DNA of 64,000 bases, taken from assembly GCA_964658305.1 (NCBI GenBank), contig OZ210885.1, forward strand, positions 9,300,001 to 9,364,000, in the 5' to 3' direction. Below the pieces are notes generated by a model. That model searched no databases, was not told the DNA's origin, and was given only the letters and a program-made list of their open reading frames with translations. How positions within the stretch are numbered: the stretch's first letter is position 1; each line of letters begins with the position of its first letter. The DNA comes from Leptogorgia sarmentosa. Its lineage: Eukaryota. The translations under genes and the position numbers were made by a program. Shown one piece after another: positions 47,401-59,733 of this stretch.

Positions 47401-50400
47401 CGAAACGAAATGGCATCACTACATGATATGGGGTGTTCTAAAGAAAGTTAAACGGAAAAAAATTAGCTTCATTAATTTTCGCCCAATTGCATGTCCTAAA
47501 TTCAGTTTACCACAGTCTCCCTATTCACCCTTGATACAACCAACTCCCCAGAATCATGATTAGTAAAACGAAACTTTAACTCGAAAACATGCAGTGAATA
47601 TTAATCTGTGCTATACCAATAAATTAACAGATTTATCAATCTTTTTATATGCAACTGTTCATTCTTAATTGCAATCGACGATACTTGATTTAATTCAACT
47701 GCCACTCACCACATTTCGCTTCATCCGAACCGTCTCCACAATCTTCAATACCGTCGCACCTTGAATGCTGGGAAATGCACTTCCCCGATTGCGCGCATGT
47801 AAACTGCATGCTCATGCACGTTGCAGGACAGCTCAATTCGTCTGTTCCATCGTTGCAGTCTGATGCACCATCGCACTTCCAGTCCAGCGGTATACATTCT
47901 CCGTCACCGCATCCGAATTTGTGAGCTGGACAAGGAGCGAAAGTGGGCGGTGGGGGGCAACCCTGTTCGTCCGAGGAGTCAAGGCAGTCATTATCGCCGT
48001 CGCAATGAAAAGAAATAGGGAAACATTCACCGTCACCACAAGTGAATTGTGAAGAGGGATCGCACGTGGGGACTATAGGAAATGGAAAAGTATTTTGATA
48101 AATAATTTATACAAATATCATTTAGGAACGTGTTTTAGTTTTGCATGCATTTAACAATCTAACTTACTGACATTTCCTCCTTCCTTTCCTACAGACTTTT
48201 GAAGTGCTTACATCACACGGTCTTTCAATGCATGTAAATGCAATAAAATTTATTCTCACATCTTTCTCACATTGCATTGCAGCGATTCATTGTTTTGACA
48301 CTGGCGTGACTTGAGCACTTCGAAGGTCTATTGTCATATTTACTTTCTCTCTAATCTTTCGCCTTTCCATGGTCTACTATTTTATAGTCCAACCTACCCA
48401 TCCCAATCCTTACTCCAAATTCATTCCCAACAGCAAATTACGCCACGTGATTTTTTAGTATGACAAAACTACTTACGGCAATTACTCTCGTCGCTTTTAT
48501 CAACACAGTCATCCACACCATTACATTTTTTGTCACTGGAGATACACATCAGATTGTTGGCGCACTTGAACTCCGTGGAGTCACAGACAAGCTCTTCACG
48601 TCAAGAAATAATTATTATTTCAAATGGATGGATTATGTCATGTTTACATACTGGTCTCTCCAGTTTGAAGAGGAAATTGCAAGGAGCTGAAGCCCGAATG
48701 TTTGGATAAATAAGCAATAAACGATAGTCAGTTACAATAAGTAATTTTATACGTTTTTTGGCTGAAAAAATTTTAAGGCAGAAAAATTTGCAAAAAAATA
48801 TTGAGAAAAAAAAGAAAGTTACTCCAATCTAAATACTGCGTCATGTCCGTAGTCTGTTAATTGGTTTCCGAAAGTGGCGGAAAGTTGGCATACCTGGACA
48901 ACCATCTTCATCACTCTGATCCTCACAATCATGTTCTCTGTCACATTGATATGAACCTTGAATACAGTCGCCATTCCGACATTGAAAGTCATTTGGTCTG
49001 CACGTTGTCATATTACCTAAACCAAATTCTTCACATTGTTGTATAGCCAGGGTGAGCACCTTACATGATTGGCCGGTTTAAGATCACATGATATAAGACT
49101 GCTATGTATATATCCCAGTGGGAACGAGCGAAAAATTGTTGCCCACCCGACAAGTAAGGTAAACAAATGTAAGAAAATACTTGCATACAGAGTCTCAATA
49201 TCAAAAACCTTAATCAACATTAGAGTGAATGTAACTTACACGTTTGAGTTGGAGCTTCATCATCTCCGTCAGGGCAATCGTTGTGTTTGTCACAGACCCA
49301 GGATTCTTCAATGCAACGTCCATTTTTGCATCTGAAGTAACCTGGTCTGCACGTCGTAGGTGGACCTAGAATGAATCAACATGCAATTACGATACCTCCC
49401 TTGGGCACTCGGACTCCTTCAGTTGCGCTCTCGTACTTTTCGTCATTCGTTCTTACTAATTATAATACTTACAATCCATTTCATCTTCGCCATCCATGCA
49501 ATCGTCTTCTCCATCGCATTTCCACCTAAGAAAAGTACACGTCTGAGATTTTGTACACTCGAACATGTCCCAAGAGCATGCAAAGTCCTCACGACCTAAG
49601 GAGAGAGAAAATGATTGGTTCGAGGTTAGAATACTGCAGGGTCAGTGGGATAAGCGAAAATTTGCACCGTAAAGCCGTTTTTTCCACAGGGCGAATTTGT
49701 TCGCGCGAAAAGTTCGGTTCGACGTCTGAACTAGCCTTACACCTGTTGATAACGTAAACAATATGTTTGTATAATTAACAATAAAAAACAAACAGTGGAC
49801 ATGTTGTTCAATTTAATGAAGGCGTTTTTAATATTTTGGTCAAAACGGAATTTCTTGTACTGAACCATGTTATTTTGTTTCGTATCATTTTCACTTTCAA
49901 ATCTTTCAAACAGCGTTACTCACGCTACGATAAGTTCACGTCGTTGGCTAATCAATTAAGCAGCAGGAATTCAAGAATTAGAACTGAATTGAAAAAGTGA
50001 AAAATTTAGAAATTCTAGATGCTTGTAGCAGACCAGTAGTTGCTAGTATACACAAACTACAAAACAAAAATATATAGGGAAACATCTGCATAATAGGACT
50101 AATATCTACAGAGCTATAGCTGCCAAAGTATTTCTTACTTTGAAACGGTGCGTCGCAGTATATGTTTGAAAACGCATATGTACTTGTATGTATAATCACC
50201 CGTTAAACAAAGACCTCAACGGGTAGTACCCGATATTTCTCAATTGAGAACATGGGTAGTGCCCACGCTGGACTATCGTCTAAGTAGCCTGGCCTGGTAA
50301 ATTATGAACAGTGATTGCCCGGGTCTATAATCATATGCATTTAGCTAGGCCAGAGTGGTGAGCAGCGAGCTCGATTTAGCTCAAGTGGTAAGGCACGCGG

Positions 50401-51110
50401 TACGTGCGTTGCAGTTCTATAGTTCAAACCCCAGTTCGACACATTTTTTCAGCGTTAGTGATGAAAACTTTTTTTTCCTCAATATTATTCTGACCACAAT
50501 GGTCAGGGTTAGGATTCTAGGGTTTGGTTGGGATTAAGGAAATTCTTAGTATATAGAAAAATGGTTTATATCTAACACTATATAACTATATCAAGAGTAA
50601 TACTGAAACGCCGATCAGCAAGCTTAGGCGATAGTCCAGCGTGGGCATTACCCGTGTTCTCAATTGAGAAATATTGGGTACTACCCGTTGAGGTCTTTGT
50701 TCAACGGCTGGTATAATATGGCGATCTTTCTAATTACTGTTTATTCTTTTCAAAGCGTGTTTAGCCGCATTTAAATAAGCATGAATGTTATATAGCTATT
50801 GTCAGACACGCTATAATTGTCTGCTATACATACGTTGATGATTGTAAACGCAAAGTCGTAAACAAGCAAGCCATACGCTATCTACTGTTATAAGTTATCA
50901 CTCATCGCTCAATGACAAGCGCGCTGCGTTTCAAGCCGTTTAAAATTGGCTATTTGACGAACCGCCAGAATTCAAAGTTATTCATGACATGAAGAAAAGA
51001 ATTATCAGTATAACTAGCTTTTTAATATAAAAATTCAGCCTACCCATCGCTACGTTCGTTATAGTGACAATAACAAACAAGCAAAGTACTTGAATCTTTA
51101 AGCCAGGCAT
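44472..51110 (-). CDS. VLDL-receptor-like (LDLR family) gene, 14 exons: 51110-51044, 49595-49473, 49365-49240, 49016-48894, 48593-48477, 48072-47710, 47437-47309, 47062-46940, 46862-46737, 46592-46359, 46246-46093, 45881-45478, 45370-45107, 44707-44472
   Basis: Signal peptide, 8 LDLa repeats, 2 EGF, YWTD propeller, EGF, S/T-rich stalk, TM, short tail; GT-AG introns with consistent phases. Confidence 0.92.
47187..47250. repeat. Intronic 7-bp microsatellite
   Basis: (TACATAG/TACATAA)n. Confidence 0.8.
50197..50710. mobile_element. Intronic MITE with ~88-bp TIRs and 7-bp TSD
   Basis: CA(C/G)CCGTT(A/G)AACAAAGACCTCAACGGGTAGTACCC.. arms; TSD GTATAAT. Confidence 0.85.
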
Positions 51111-52102
51111 CCCTCGAGGCATATATCCTTTTACTGTTCCGTTCAAAGCCCAACAAAAAAACTCCTGTGAACACACGCCTTGTAGTCTGTCTTTGTCGAC
51201 TGTGTTTAGTAACGCCTCGAGTCAAATCGGACTTGATAATTTTTCACTTGCCCTTTTTATTCCCTTGTGTTGTACCAACGACTACGTCTCTTTGTTTACT
51301 ATTACAGGCGCGGTTCTAGGATTTTTGAGCGCAGAGCGCTCTCACGACGAATTTTCAAAATTCCTTAGCGTGAGCTCCGGAATTCCTCAGATATTCCCAA
51401 AATTCCTTAAATGACTTGTTTATCCTTGCAACTACCCCCAAAGTACCCTGCAATCCCGTTCTTTTGCCTCTTGTTTTAAAAACAAGACTCAAATAGTTTC
51501 AAAATCGTTAATAAACACAATTTGTGAGGTAACTGAGCTTACTAAAGTATATACAAGATAAAATTAATGGGATTGAATGAGCGACTTATCATCTCCTGAG
51601 CCGGACCGGAAGCCCACATTCGCGCTATCTATCAGAAACTATAATTATGTAAATTAACTATAATCACCATTTTTTAAATTTTACTGTTTGCTGTGACATG
51701 TGTTTCAAAGCAAACACGGGATTGATTTATCACAGATCCTCAAGTCGATGGGATTGTGATAATTGTGGTATGGCTGTGGTAATTATACACAATGCCTCAT
51801 GCATCTTTAACCGGATCTGAACTATTTACGTCAACCAAATACTCCTGCGAATGACATGGGACTAGTGAAATAAAATATGAAATAGGGATGTTAGTCACAT
51901 CAGTCACTCAAAGCTTAATCGCTAAGGCTTGCTGATAATAATAATTTAGGTCAAATTTGTTGAATTTTATAAGGTGTACGTACTGTATATGGTGTGCGGT
52001 TGCTAAATAATTAAGATTTTGTGTCATATATTATTATGAATATTATGAATATATATATATTATATATATAGATAGATATTTTATTCAAAAATTTAACAAC
52101 TA

Positions 52103-52145
52103 AGTCGTTACACAGTGTTTCATGCTAGGCAATCATCAGACGACT
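52103..52145 (-). ncRNA. Minimal type I hammerhead ribozyme (inverted copy)
   Basis: Reverse complement of 52486-52528. Confidence 0.7.
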
Positions 52146-52485
52146 GGTTACATTCAATTATTCGTCTATTTTTATAGTCTACCCAGTTGTTGTTATTCTG
52201 GCGACTATTGTTCTTAATTGCTTTTTAATTGAGTTCCACATCAGAAAAGCTCCAAAACATGCAATCTTTGCCTTTCAGAAAAGTTCCACATCATCTTCCA
52301 CAGCAATGAGAACTTGCTAAACAGAACAAGTGAAATTCTTTCGACATGTCGTCACAAAAACAAGTTTCTCCTTACCAACTTCAAAGAGACGCCACCGGAT
52401 AATTAAAAAGCAATTAAGAACAATAGTCGCCAGAATAACAACAACTGGGTAGACTATAAAAATAGACGAATAATTGAATGTAACC

Positions 52486-52528
52486 AGTCGTCTGATGATT
52501 GCCTAGCATGAAACACTGTGTAACGACT
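52486..52528 (+). ncRNA. Minimal type I hammerhead ribozyme
   Basis: AGTCGT-CTGATGA-TTGCCTAGCAT-GAAA-CACTGTG-TA-ACGACT. Confidence 0.72.
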
Positions 52529-53361
52529 TAGTTGTTAAATTTGATAATAAATGTTCCGTTGTTTTGAGAGCGTTAGAGCAGTAACAAGTTCTGTGGATCT
52601 GTAAAGACGTGTTACACGATGGAATTTTTCTTGCAACTTGCATCACAATTCTACTGTTAAGAGATGTGAGGGGGTCTGCCCCTGCATAACTGAATTTTCT
52701 GCAGGTTGCGTGATTGAGCGATTTAACTGTAAGCTTACCAACTACAATGTATAATAAATCCAGTTATTAAGCCTCGTAATAATTCAACATATCCTACTCG
52801 ACCTCATTCAATAATTGTTTATTATTTGTACTGAAATTATGAATGTTATTTGGCCAAGAGCAGTGTTAAAACAGAAAAAGTTACTGACCTTTTGTGGAAT
52901 GCTGATTCAGTATAATTGTTTCGAGTGCAAATAATCTCTTATTTTTACATTTTGCTTTAAGGTAAGTTTGCTTTGAATTATTCCATAACAAGTTTCATGC
53001 TAATTTTCGACAAATGCATGTTAAATTAAATAATCTTGATCGACTAGGCTTCCCACTCGCAAAATATAACAAATACTGTCAAATCGAATCCCACCGCTGC
53101 CAAATTTTGGTTGTTCATGGCTGTATTGAGCTGACGTTAGTTTTAAAACATGATGCTTCCTCTCTATTATTTGTTAAAATTCATAGTTTAACCCACAACC
53201 GAAGAAAGTAAAATTAACATTATTCTAATTTTACCCTCGTTTTTGCATTGGTTTCTATCGCTTAGTGTCCCCTCAGTAATTAAAATAACAAGCTCAACTT
53301 GTCATTAATCTCTCTCTTGGATCAATTTGATTCGATTAACTCTGGATTGCAACATGGATGG

Positions 53362-53719
53362 CATGGGCGTATGGGCCCTATCTTGTTTGGGGGGGCACAT
53401 TATTGTTTGCCCGACAGGACCTGTAGATCGTCGGAAATGGTATTTTCAAGGTGTCATATTATACCTCTTTCGTTATGTAATACATAATTATTTGATCTGA
53501 AATACTTCAGCTTTGGAATTAGAATACTTCATATAGGATGTTTTAGAGGATAATAATTTTCATCGTATTGTTGATGTTATATTGTCTAATAAAGTTAATA
53601 TTCTATCAACTATGATGGAGTTATGTTTGCCCGAACGATTCGAGCTCAATTGCCCGACCGTGAACGGTTTGGGGGGGCACAGGCCCCCCCGTGCCCCCCC
53701 CCCGGCCCGTACGCCCATG
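53362..53719. mobile_element. hAT-type MITE (CATGGGCGTA TIR)
   Basis: Perfect 8-bp TSD ATGGATGG; empty site at ~34712. Confidence 0.88.
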
Positions 53720-54192
53720 ATGGATGGTGGAAGGGGAAGGCAATAAAATTCGCTGCATTCCAAAATATTCAAAAATAGGCTCTGGCGAAACTTGCACGTT
53801 TCTCTTCACATTTCACAAATAATCCACAAATTGTCACTCCCGTGGTGTGGTTCTCTGGTTTGAATCCAGCGTTTTTACCGCCATGCCCTGGTTCGATTCC
53901 CGGCGTGGGAATAATACTTGCGAGAGAAGGAAAAAAATATGCAATTCGAAAAATTAGCAAAACCATTGCTATTATACTAGCTCTATCTCTCTTACACATT
54001 CTTTTGGTGTTTTCTGTATTTAAGTCTTTGTTGACATGTCTTGCTTTTCCACAAAAAAATTGATTTTCTGATCATGTTTAAAGTGTCAAAATTTCCTAGA
54101 ACTTACTCTGATTTATTATTTGAAGGTGTTTGGTGAAAATGTTCGGCATCTTGTGGAATATGATTATTATAACGAAGGAGTTGGGCAACATT

Positions 54193-54263
54193 GCGTTGGT
54201 GGTTCAGTGGTAGAATTCTCGCCTGCCACGCGGGAGACCGGGGTTCGATTCCCCGCTGACGCA
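54193..54263 (+). tRNA. tRNA-Gly(GCC)
   Basis: Complete cloverleaf. Confidence 0.88.
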
Positions 54264-54348
54264 GATTATTTTCATTTTGTTGCATTTCAACTGCAACACG
54301 GGAAACAAACTGGCTTTGTAAACACATGAATAGTCAATAAGTTATCAC

Positions 54349-54411
54349 TCCCATGTGGTCTGGTAGTTTGGATCTGGCGTTTTCACCGCTATGGCCCGGG
54401 TTCCATTCCCG
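54349..54411 (+). pseudogene. tRNA-Glu(TTC) pseudogene
   Basis: Mutated A/B boxes, 3' end lost. Confidence 0.72.
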
Positions 54412-54503
54412 ATTCCATTTTTTCAAAAAATTTCAATTTGAAGCAGCTTGTGTTCACATTTTCAAACTCGTTCTCTGAAACCAAACCATTTTAACAGCGC
54501 TAC

Positions 54504-54576
54504 GACCTTGTGGCGCAATTGGTAGCGCGTCTGACTCCAGATCAGAAGGTTATGTGTTCAATTCATTTCAAGGTCA
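54504..54576 (+). tRNA. tRNA-Trp(CCA), T-stem changes
   Basis: TCTGA-CTCCAGA-TCAGA. Confidence 0.8.
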
Positions 54577-54915
54577 AGCACTTGCGGCCACCCTAACTGA
54601 AGATAATTTTTGCTTTGCATAGCGCGGCCGCCATGTTTGTTTTGTTTTGATGCAAACTGTAGCTTGAGCTCGAATTTGATTGGTTCAGAATAATAGCATA
54701 AAATTGCACTGTGATTTGGGATTAACTGCACAGAAATGAGCCAACCACAGTCGAGTAATACTTTTATTTATATTATCAAGAAAGAAACAACCAAAAGAAT
54801 CCATTTTATTCCAAGCAACCTTGGGCCTACGTCCCACGCGGTCACCTCAGAGTGTAGGTCAGTTGTAGATGTGAATGTTTAGTTGAACAACGCGAAACCT
54901 GTTGGTTGTAGCAAC

Positions 54916-54997
54916 GTAGTCGTGGCCGAGTGGTTAAGGCGACAGGCTAGAAATCTTTTGGGAGTTTCCCGCGCAGGTTCAAATCCTGCCGACTACG
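54916..54997 (+). tRNA. tRNA-Ser(AGA), anticodon-stem changes
   Basis: Paralogue of 6114-6195. Confidence 0.78.
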
Positions 54998-55282
54998 TTA
55001 TGCAAAGTCTTCAACATTTTGTCCTCGAATGTGAACATGATTTTTTGGGGGAAAAAACTCTTGGAGAGGAAGTTCTGTTCTCGGTGGTGGTGGCTGAGTT
55101 TTTAAAGTGACAGATTCAAGGTCCACGTTTTCCATCCACAAAATCAACGGAAAGAAGTCGCGTTTTTATTGAATTAAGGTTATGAAACATGACAGAATGT
55201 AAATTTGAAAAACAAAGGTCCGTGATTTGATTATAGCTGTGTTTGAAAGTATATGTACGTAATTAACCTAGTCGAGTGCACA

Positions 55283-55354
55283 GGGAGTGTAGCTCAGTGG
55301 TAGAGCATTCGACTGCAGATCGAGAGGTCGGTGGTTCAAACCCGCCCGCTCCTT
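55283..55354 (+). tRNA. tRNA-Cys(GCA)
   Basis: Complete cloverleaf, T-run terminator. Confidence 0.9.
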
Positions 55355-55490
55355 TTTATCTTAGCTATACTGGAAAACTTTCAAATTCAATAAAGCCGCC
55401 TGATGGGAAATATACGATCCACATACTACGATTCGTGTTAATTATATCCACTAATATTTGAAAACGATTAGTCCTGCTGTTAATTACTAG

Positions 55491-55813
55491 AATAATATCA
55501 TTGTTGTCAATTTTCTGGACGCTGATTGGCTAAAAAGCTTCAACAACTGAGTTTAATTTAAACTTTAATGCATGGTTTCGAGCCAGCGATACATTATAAA
55601 AACAAATAAATAAACGCTTAAATCAAAGCTAAAATTCTTGTTTTTTTTGTCATTTATTGTCAACTTTGGACAAAAAATGTTAGTGAAAGTGTACTACAAT
55701 GATATTAATACGAAATTACACTTGTTCTCGAAGTATTAAATTCGCACTCGCGGTATTTCGCCAAACACGCGTGCAATTTTTGATTAACTTCTCGAATCGT
55801 ATAATTTCCTATA
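55491..55813 (+). mobile_element. Putative short Crypton-like non-autonomous element (different family)
   Basis: Internal ACTACAATGATATTA|ATACGAAATTACAC complementary to 5' TAATATCATTGTTGT and 3' GTATAATTTCCTAT; hairpin with TC/TC mismatch. Confidence 0.55.
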
Positions 55814-55885
55814 CTATTTTGTTGGATTTTACTGCCAGATTGAAGATTTATTCATATCGAAGTGCAAGCCAAGATTAATGCCAAC

Positions 55886-55933
55886 GTAGTCGTGGCCGAG
55901 TGTTTAAGGCGACAGACTTGAAATCTGTTGGGA
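55886..55933 (+). pseudogene. 5' fragment of tRNA-Ser(TGA)
   Basis: GTAGTCGTGGCCGAG..ACAGA-CTTGAAA-TCTGT then truncation. Confidence 0.7.
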
Positions 55934-56049
55934 AATTCACCACTACATATGCACGGACATATACAAATAGATGTACGTATTCACTTTATAAATTTTTTTG
56001 AAAAATTCCAAATGAAAAATATATCTGCAGTTAAAAAAGCCCATATGTA

Positions 56050-56122
56050 TGTTTCAGCCCAGGTTCGAACTGAGGACCTTGCGCGTGTGAGGCGCACGTG
56101 ATAACCACTACACTACAGAAAC
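56050..56122 (-). tRNA. tRNA-Val(CAC), acceptor mismatch
   Basis: Reverse complement GTTTCTGTAGTGTAGTGGTTATCACGTGCGCCTCACACGCGCA.. Confidence 0.8.
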
Positions 56123-56204
56123 GAACTGGAAGAAAATTACAAAACAGAGGACAAAATTTCGGAGATGTGAATCGATGCAACAAAAAGTATGAAGGTCATG
56201 TAGG

Positions 56205-56276
56205 TCCAAGCTAGACTTAAACTGAGGTCTTTCCAGTGTGAGACGCATGCAGTGACCAGTGCACCACACGAAATGC
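56205..56276 (-). pseudogene. Ancient tRNA-Val(CAC)-like relic (second copy ~57165-57232)
   Basis: Reverse complement TTTCGTGTGGTGCACTGG..TGCGTCTCACAC..CCTCAGTTTAAG aligns to the Val body. Confidence 0.45.
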
Positions 56277-56548
56277 ATACCAATCCCTCAATTTCACCGT
56301 AGAAAACACTAACAAGATAATAAAAAAATAACATAAACACAGTATTTCCGGTGACCATCGAATTTCCCAATGGTATTAAAATCGTTTGATTTTAAATGGG
56401 ATCATAGAAAAAATTGTAATAACATAATGTATACCTCTTTGACGTATTTGGGTCAGGTAAATTCTCAAGGGAAAGAATTAGAACGGGATGTGGCATGTTG
56501 AAGGTATCAAAGAATAAATGTTGTAGGAAATTCCATGTTTTCATGCGT

Positions 56549-56672
56549 GTCAGGATGGCCGAGCGGTCTAAGGCGCCAGACTCAAGTGCAAAAACTTGTC
56601 ACGATCAACCTTGACATAATAGGGCGTTCTGGTCCACACATGTGGTCGTGGGTTCGAATCCCACTCCTGACA
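56549..56672 (+). tRNA. tRNA-Leu(CAA) with 40-nt intron (56587-56626)
   Basis: GTCAGGATGGCCGAGCGGTCTAAGGCGCCAGACTCAAG|intron|TTCTGG..GGTTCGAATCCCACTCCTGACA. Confidence 0.92.
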
Positions 56673-56813
56673 ACAAACTTACAAAAAAATTCGAAACATT
56701 TCTTTCAAAGCTGATCTATTTACACAAATTCGATATCACGAAGAAAATGTTTGTGGTTTTTACTGAAAAATTCCAAAGACAAAAATATCTGCAGTTAAAA
56801 AATCTCATATGTA

Positions 56814-56885
56814 TGTTTCCGCCCAGGTTCGAACTGAGGACTTGCGCGTGTTAAGCGCATGTGATAACCACTACACTACGGAAAC
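56814..56885 (-). tRNA. tRNA-Val(AAC), 1-nt deletion in variable loop
   Basis: Loop TTAACAC. Confidence 0.78.
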
Positions 56886-56998
56886 TGACCTATGTGCAAA
56901 CATATGGAAATAGATGTATTCACTTAAATTACTTTTTCTGGTTTTTTACTGAAAAATTCCAATAAAAAAATATCTGCAGTTAAAAAAGCTCATAAGTA

Positions 56999-57071
56999 TG
57001 TTTCCGCCCAGGTTCGAACTGGGGACCTTGCGCGTGTGAGGCGCACGTGATAACCACTACACTACGGAAAC
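56999..57071 (-). tRNA. tRNA-Val(CAC)
   Basis: Intact cloverleaf. Confidence 0.92.
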
Positions 57072-57404
57072 GAATTGGAAGAAATTTACAAAACAGAGAC
57101 AAAGTTTGGGAGATGTGAATCGACGCAACAAAAAGTATGAAGCAAGTTAAAGGCCATGAAGGCTCAAGCCAGATTTAAACTGGGGTCCTTCCAGTGTGAG
57201 ACGCATGCAGTGACCAGTGCACTACACGAAATGTATAGCAAACCCTCAATTTCACCGTCGAAAACGCTAACAAGATAATACAAAAATAGCATGAACACAG
57301 TATTTCTTGTGACCAAACTCTGATTTATTATTTGAAGGTGTTTGGTGAAAATGTTTGGCATCTTGTGTGATATGAACATTATAAAGAAAGAATTGGGCAA
57401 CATT

Positions 57405-57776
57405 GCGTTGGTGGTTCAGTGGTAGCCTGCCACGCGGGAGACCGGGGTTCGATTCCCCGCCAACGCAGATTAAACTGGCTTTGTAGCACAGGAATAGTAA
57501 ACAAGTTATCACTCCCATGTGGTCTAGTGGTTAGGATCTGGCGTTTTCGCCGCCATGGGCCGGGGCCAATTCCCGTATTATCACGTGTTTTCTTTCGGGT
57601 CACACTTCCCATATTCCCATAATCTCGAGAGTTAACTGCATACATTGTAACCAGTTACAAAAAAGGGAATGGATGAACACTTATTCACAAAGCCTCATCA
57701 GAGATTTGAACTCTGGACCCCTGATTTCCTAGCTGTTTTACTAAAACAGTGCTCTACCCCCTGAGCTAAACAGGCA
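57405..57776. pseudogene. Decayed Gly(+), Glu(TTC)(+) and Thr(-) tRNA copies
   Basis: Block paralogous to 4492-4842, with deletions and insertions. Confidence 0.7.
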
Positions 57777-57994
57777 ACTTCTGCCCTATTGAAACTCAAT
57801 ATAAATCCAATTACGAAGTTAATTTCAACTGAATTTCCCGTATTATCACGTGTTTTTCATGAAATAAACTCACTTCAGAAATTTTGTTTCAGGTCACACT
57901 TCTCATACAATCTGGAGAGTTAACTGCATATCTTGTAACCAATTACAAAAAGAAAATGGATGAATTCTTATTCACAATGAATACTTATTGATAC

Positions 57995-58067
57995 AGCCTC
58001 ATCAGAGAATTGAACTATGGACCCCTGGTTTACGAAACTAGTGCTCTATCCCCTGAGCTAATGAGGC
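57995..58067 (-). pseudogene. tRNA-Thr(CGT), mutated
   Basis: Paralogue of 4770-4842 with stem mismatches. Confidence 0.72.
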
Positions 58068-58202
58068 GACATGCTAATATCTTCCTAGCATGTTTTTTCC
58101 AACGTAGTACTCTCACTCGTAGTTATCTCCGGAAATTTTCTTCCAAATTCAAATTAAAAATATTATCGTTATTTTCACATTCCGAGAAAAAATAAATGTT
58201 TC

Positions 58203-58275
58203 TCCCATGTATTCCAATGGTCGGGATATCTAGCGCTCTCTCCGCCAAGGCCCGGGTTCGATTCCCGGCATGGGA
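58203..58275 (+). pseudogene. tRNA-Glu(CTC) pseudogene
   Basis: 3' half intact, D-arm degraded. Confidence 0.72.
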
Positions 58276-58678
58276 ATAACACTTGCGAGAGAAGGGAAAA
58301 CTATGCAATTCGAGAAATTAGCAAAACCATTGCTATTATAATATCTCTATCCCTCTTACTCATTCTTTTGGTGTTTTCTGTATTGAAGCCTTTGTTGTCA
58401 TGATTTTGCTTTTCCAAAACAGTTTCCTGGAATTCTAACCCAGAATATTTTCATTTCGTTGCATTTCAATTTCAATTTCGTTGCATTTCAGTTTCATAAC
58501 CTTAATACAATAAAAACGGGATTTCTTTCCTTTGATTTTGTAGATGGAAAACTTGTACATTGAATCTGTCACTTTAAACACTAAGCCATTACCACCGAAA
58601 ACAGAACTTCCTCTCATCGAGTTTTCCAAAAAAATTCATGTTTATATTCAAGGCCAAAATTTTAAAGACTTTGCATAA

Positions 58679-58760
58679 CGTAATCGGCAGGATTTGAACC
58701 TGCGCGGGAAACTCCCAACAGATTTCTAGTCTGTCGCCTTAACCACTCAGCCACCACTAC
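58679..58760 (-). tRNA. tRNA-Ser(AGA), acceptor/D mismatches
   Basis: Inverted paralogue of 6114-6195. Confidence 0.75.
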
Positions 58761-59258
58761 GTTACTACAACTAACAGGTTTCGCGTTGTTCAACTAAACA
58801 TTGACATCTACAACTGACCTACACTCTCAGCGCCATACTGTGAATAATATGTAGAATAGTGAGAAGAGGTTATACCGTTGCGTGGGGCCTGAGCCTAAGG
58901 TTGCGTGCGAATAAAATGGATTCTTTAGGGTGTTTCTTTCTTAATAATATACGTAAATGTATAGCTCGACTGTGATTGGTTTATTTCAGTGCAGTTAATC
59001 ACAAATCATAGTATAATTTTGTGTAATCACAGTGCCATTTTCTGTTATTACTTTGAACCAATCAAATTAGAGATCAAGCTACAGATTGCTTCAAAACAAA
59101 ACAAAGATAGCGGACGCGCTAAACAAAGCAAAAATTGTCTTCGGATCGAAAATATAGCTTTTATCTTCTCTTCACATCCAACGGCAATAATAAACAGAAC
59201 TTCAACGGTGAGGATATCCGTAATGGTAATTACAATACTTTTGGCTGTATGAAACAGA

Positions 59259-59330
59259 TGCCTTGACCAGGATTCGAACCTGGGTTATTGCGGCCACAAC
59301 GCAATGTACTAACCACTATACGATCACGGC
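59259..59330 (-). tRNA. tRNA-His(GTG), one acceptor mismatch
   Basis: Reverse complement GCCGTGATCGTATAGTGGTTAGTACATTGCGTTGTGGCCGCAA..GGTTCGAATCC. Confidence 0.85.
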
Positions 59331-59443
59331 GACGTCGCTGCAAAATTAGAAAATGTTTTGGAACAGCTGATATTACATTAATTAATCCCATATTTTTCTT
59401 CGTCAGTACAAATTACATTAGAGAACATTTTAATACCATCACT

Positions 59444-59515
59444 GGCTTGCTGGTCTAGTGGTATGATTCTCGCTTAGGGTGCGAGAGGTCACGGGTTCGA
59501 TTCCCGTGCAAGCCC
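59444..59515 (+). tRNA. tRNA-Pro(AGG)
   Basis: Intact; flanks match positions 1-290. Confidence 0.92.
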
Positions 59516-59733
59516 TAGTTACTTAACCATGTAAGACGTTCTCTTTTTTGAAAGCTTCCGTAAATCCTTAGAAAACCCCTCGGAAAAAAATCCGTTACAT
59601 TTACCATCACGACGTCTGAACAACATCACACCAAACACGTCCCTGGTTGGACTCGAAATTTGAGTGGTCACCGGAAATACTGTGTTCATGTCATTTTTGT
59701 ATTACCTTGTTAGCGTTTTCGATGGTGAAAATT

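Larger units (their letters stand above)
52089..52542 (+). mobile_element. Penelope-like element 3' fragment with inverted pseudo-LTR
   Basis: ~140-bp inverted repeat; LLNRTSEILSTCRHKNKFLL C-terminus; hammerhead motifs; adjacent (TA)n. Confidence 0.8.
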
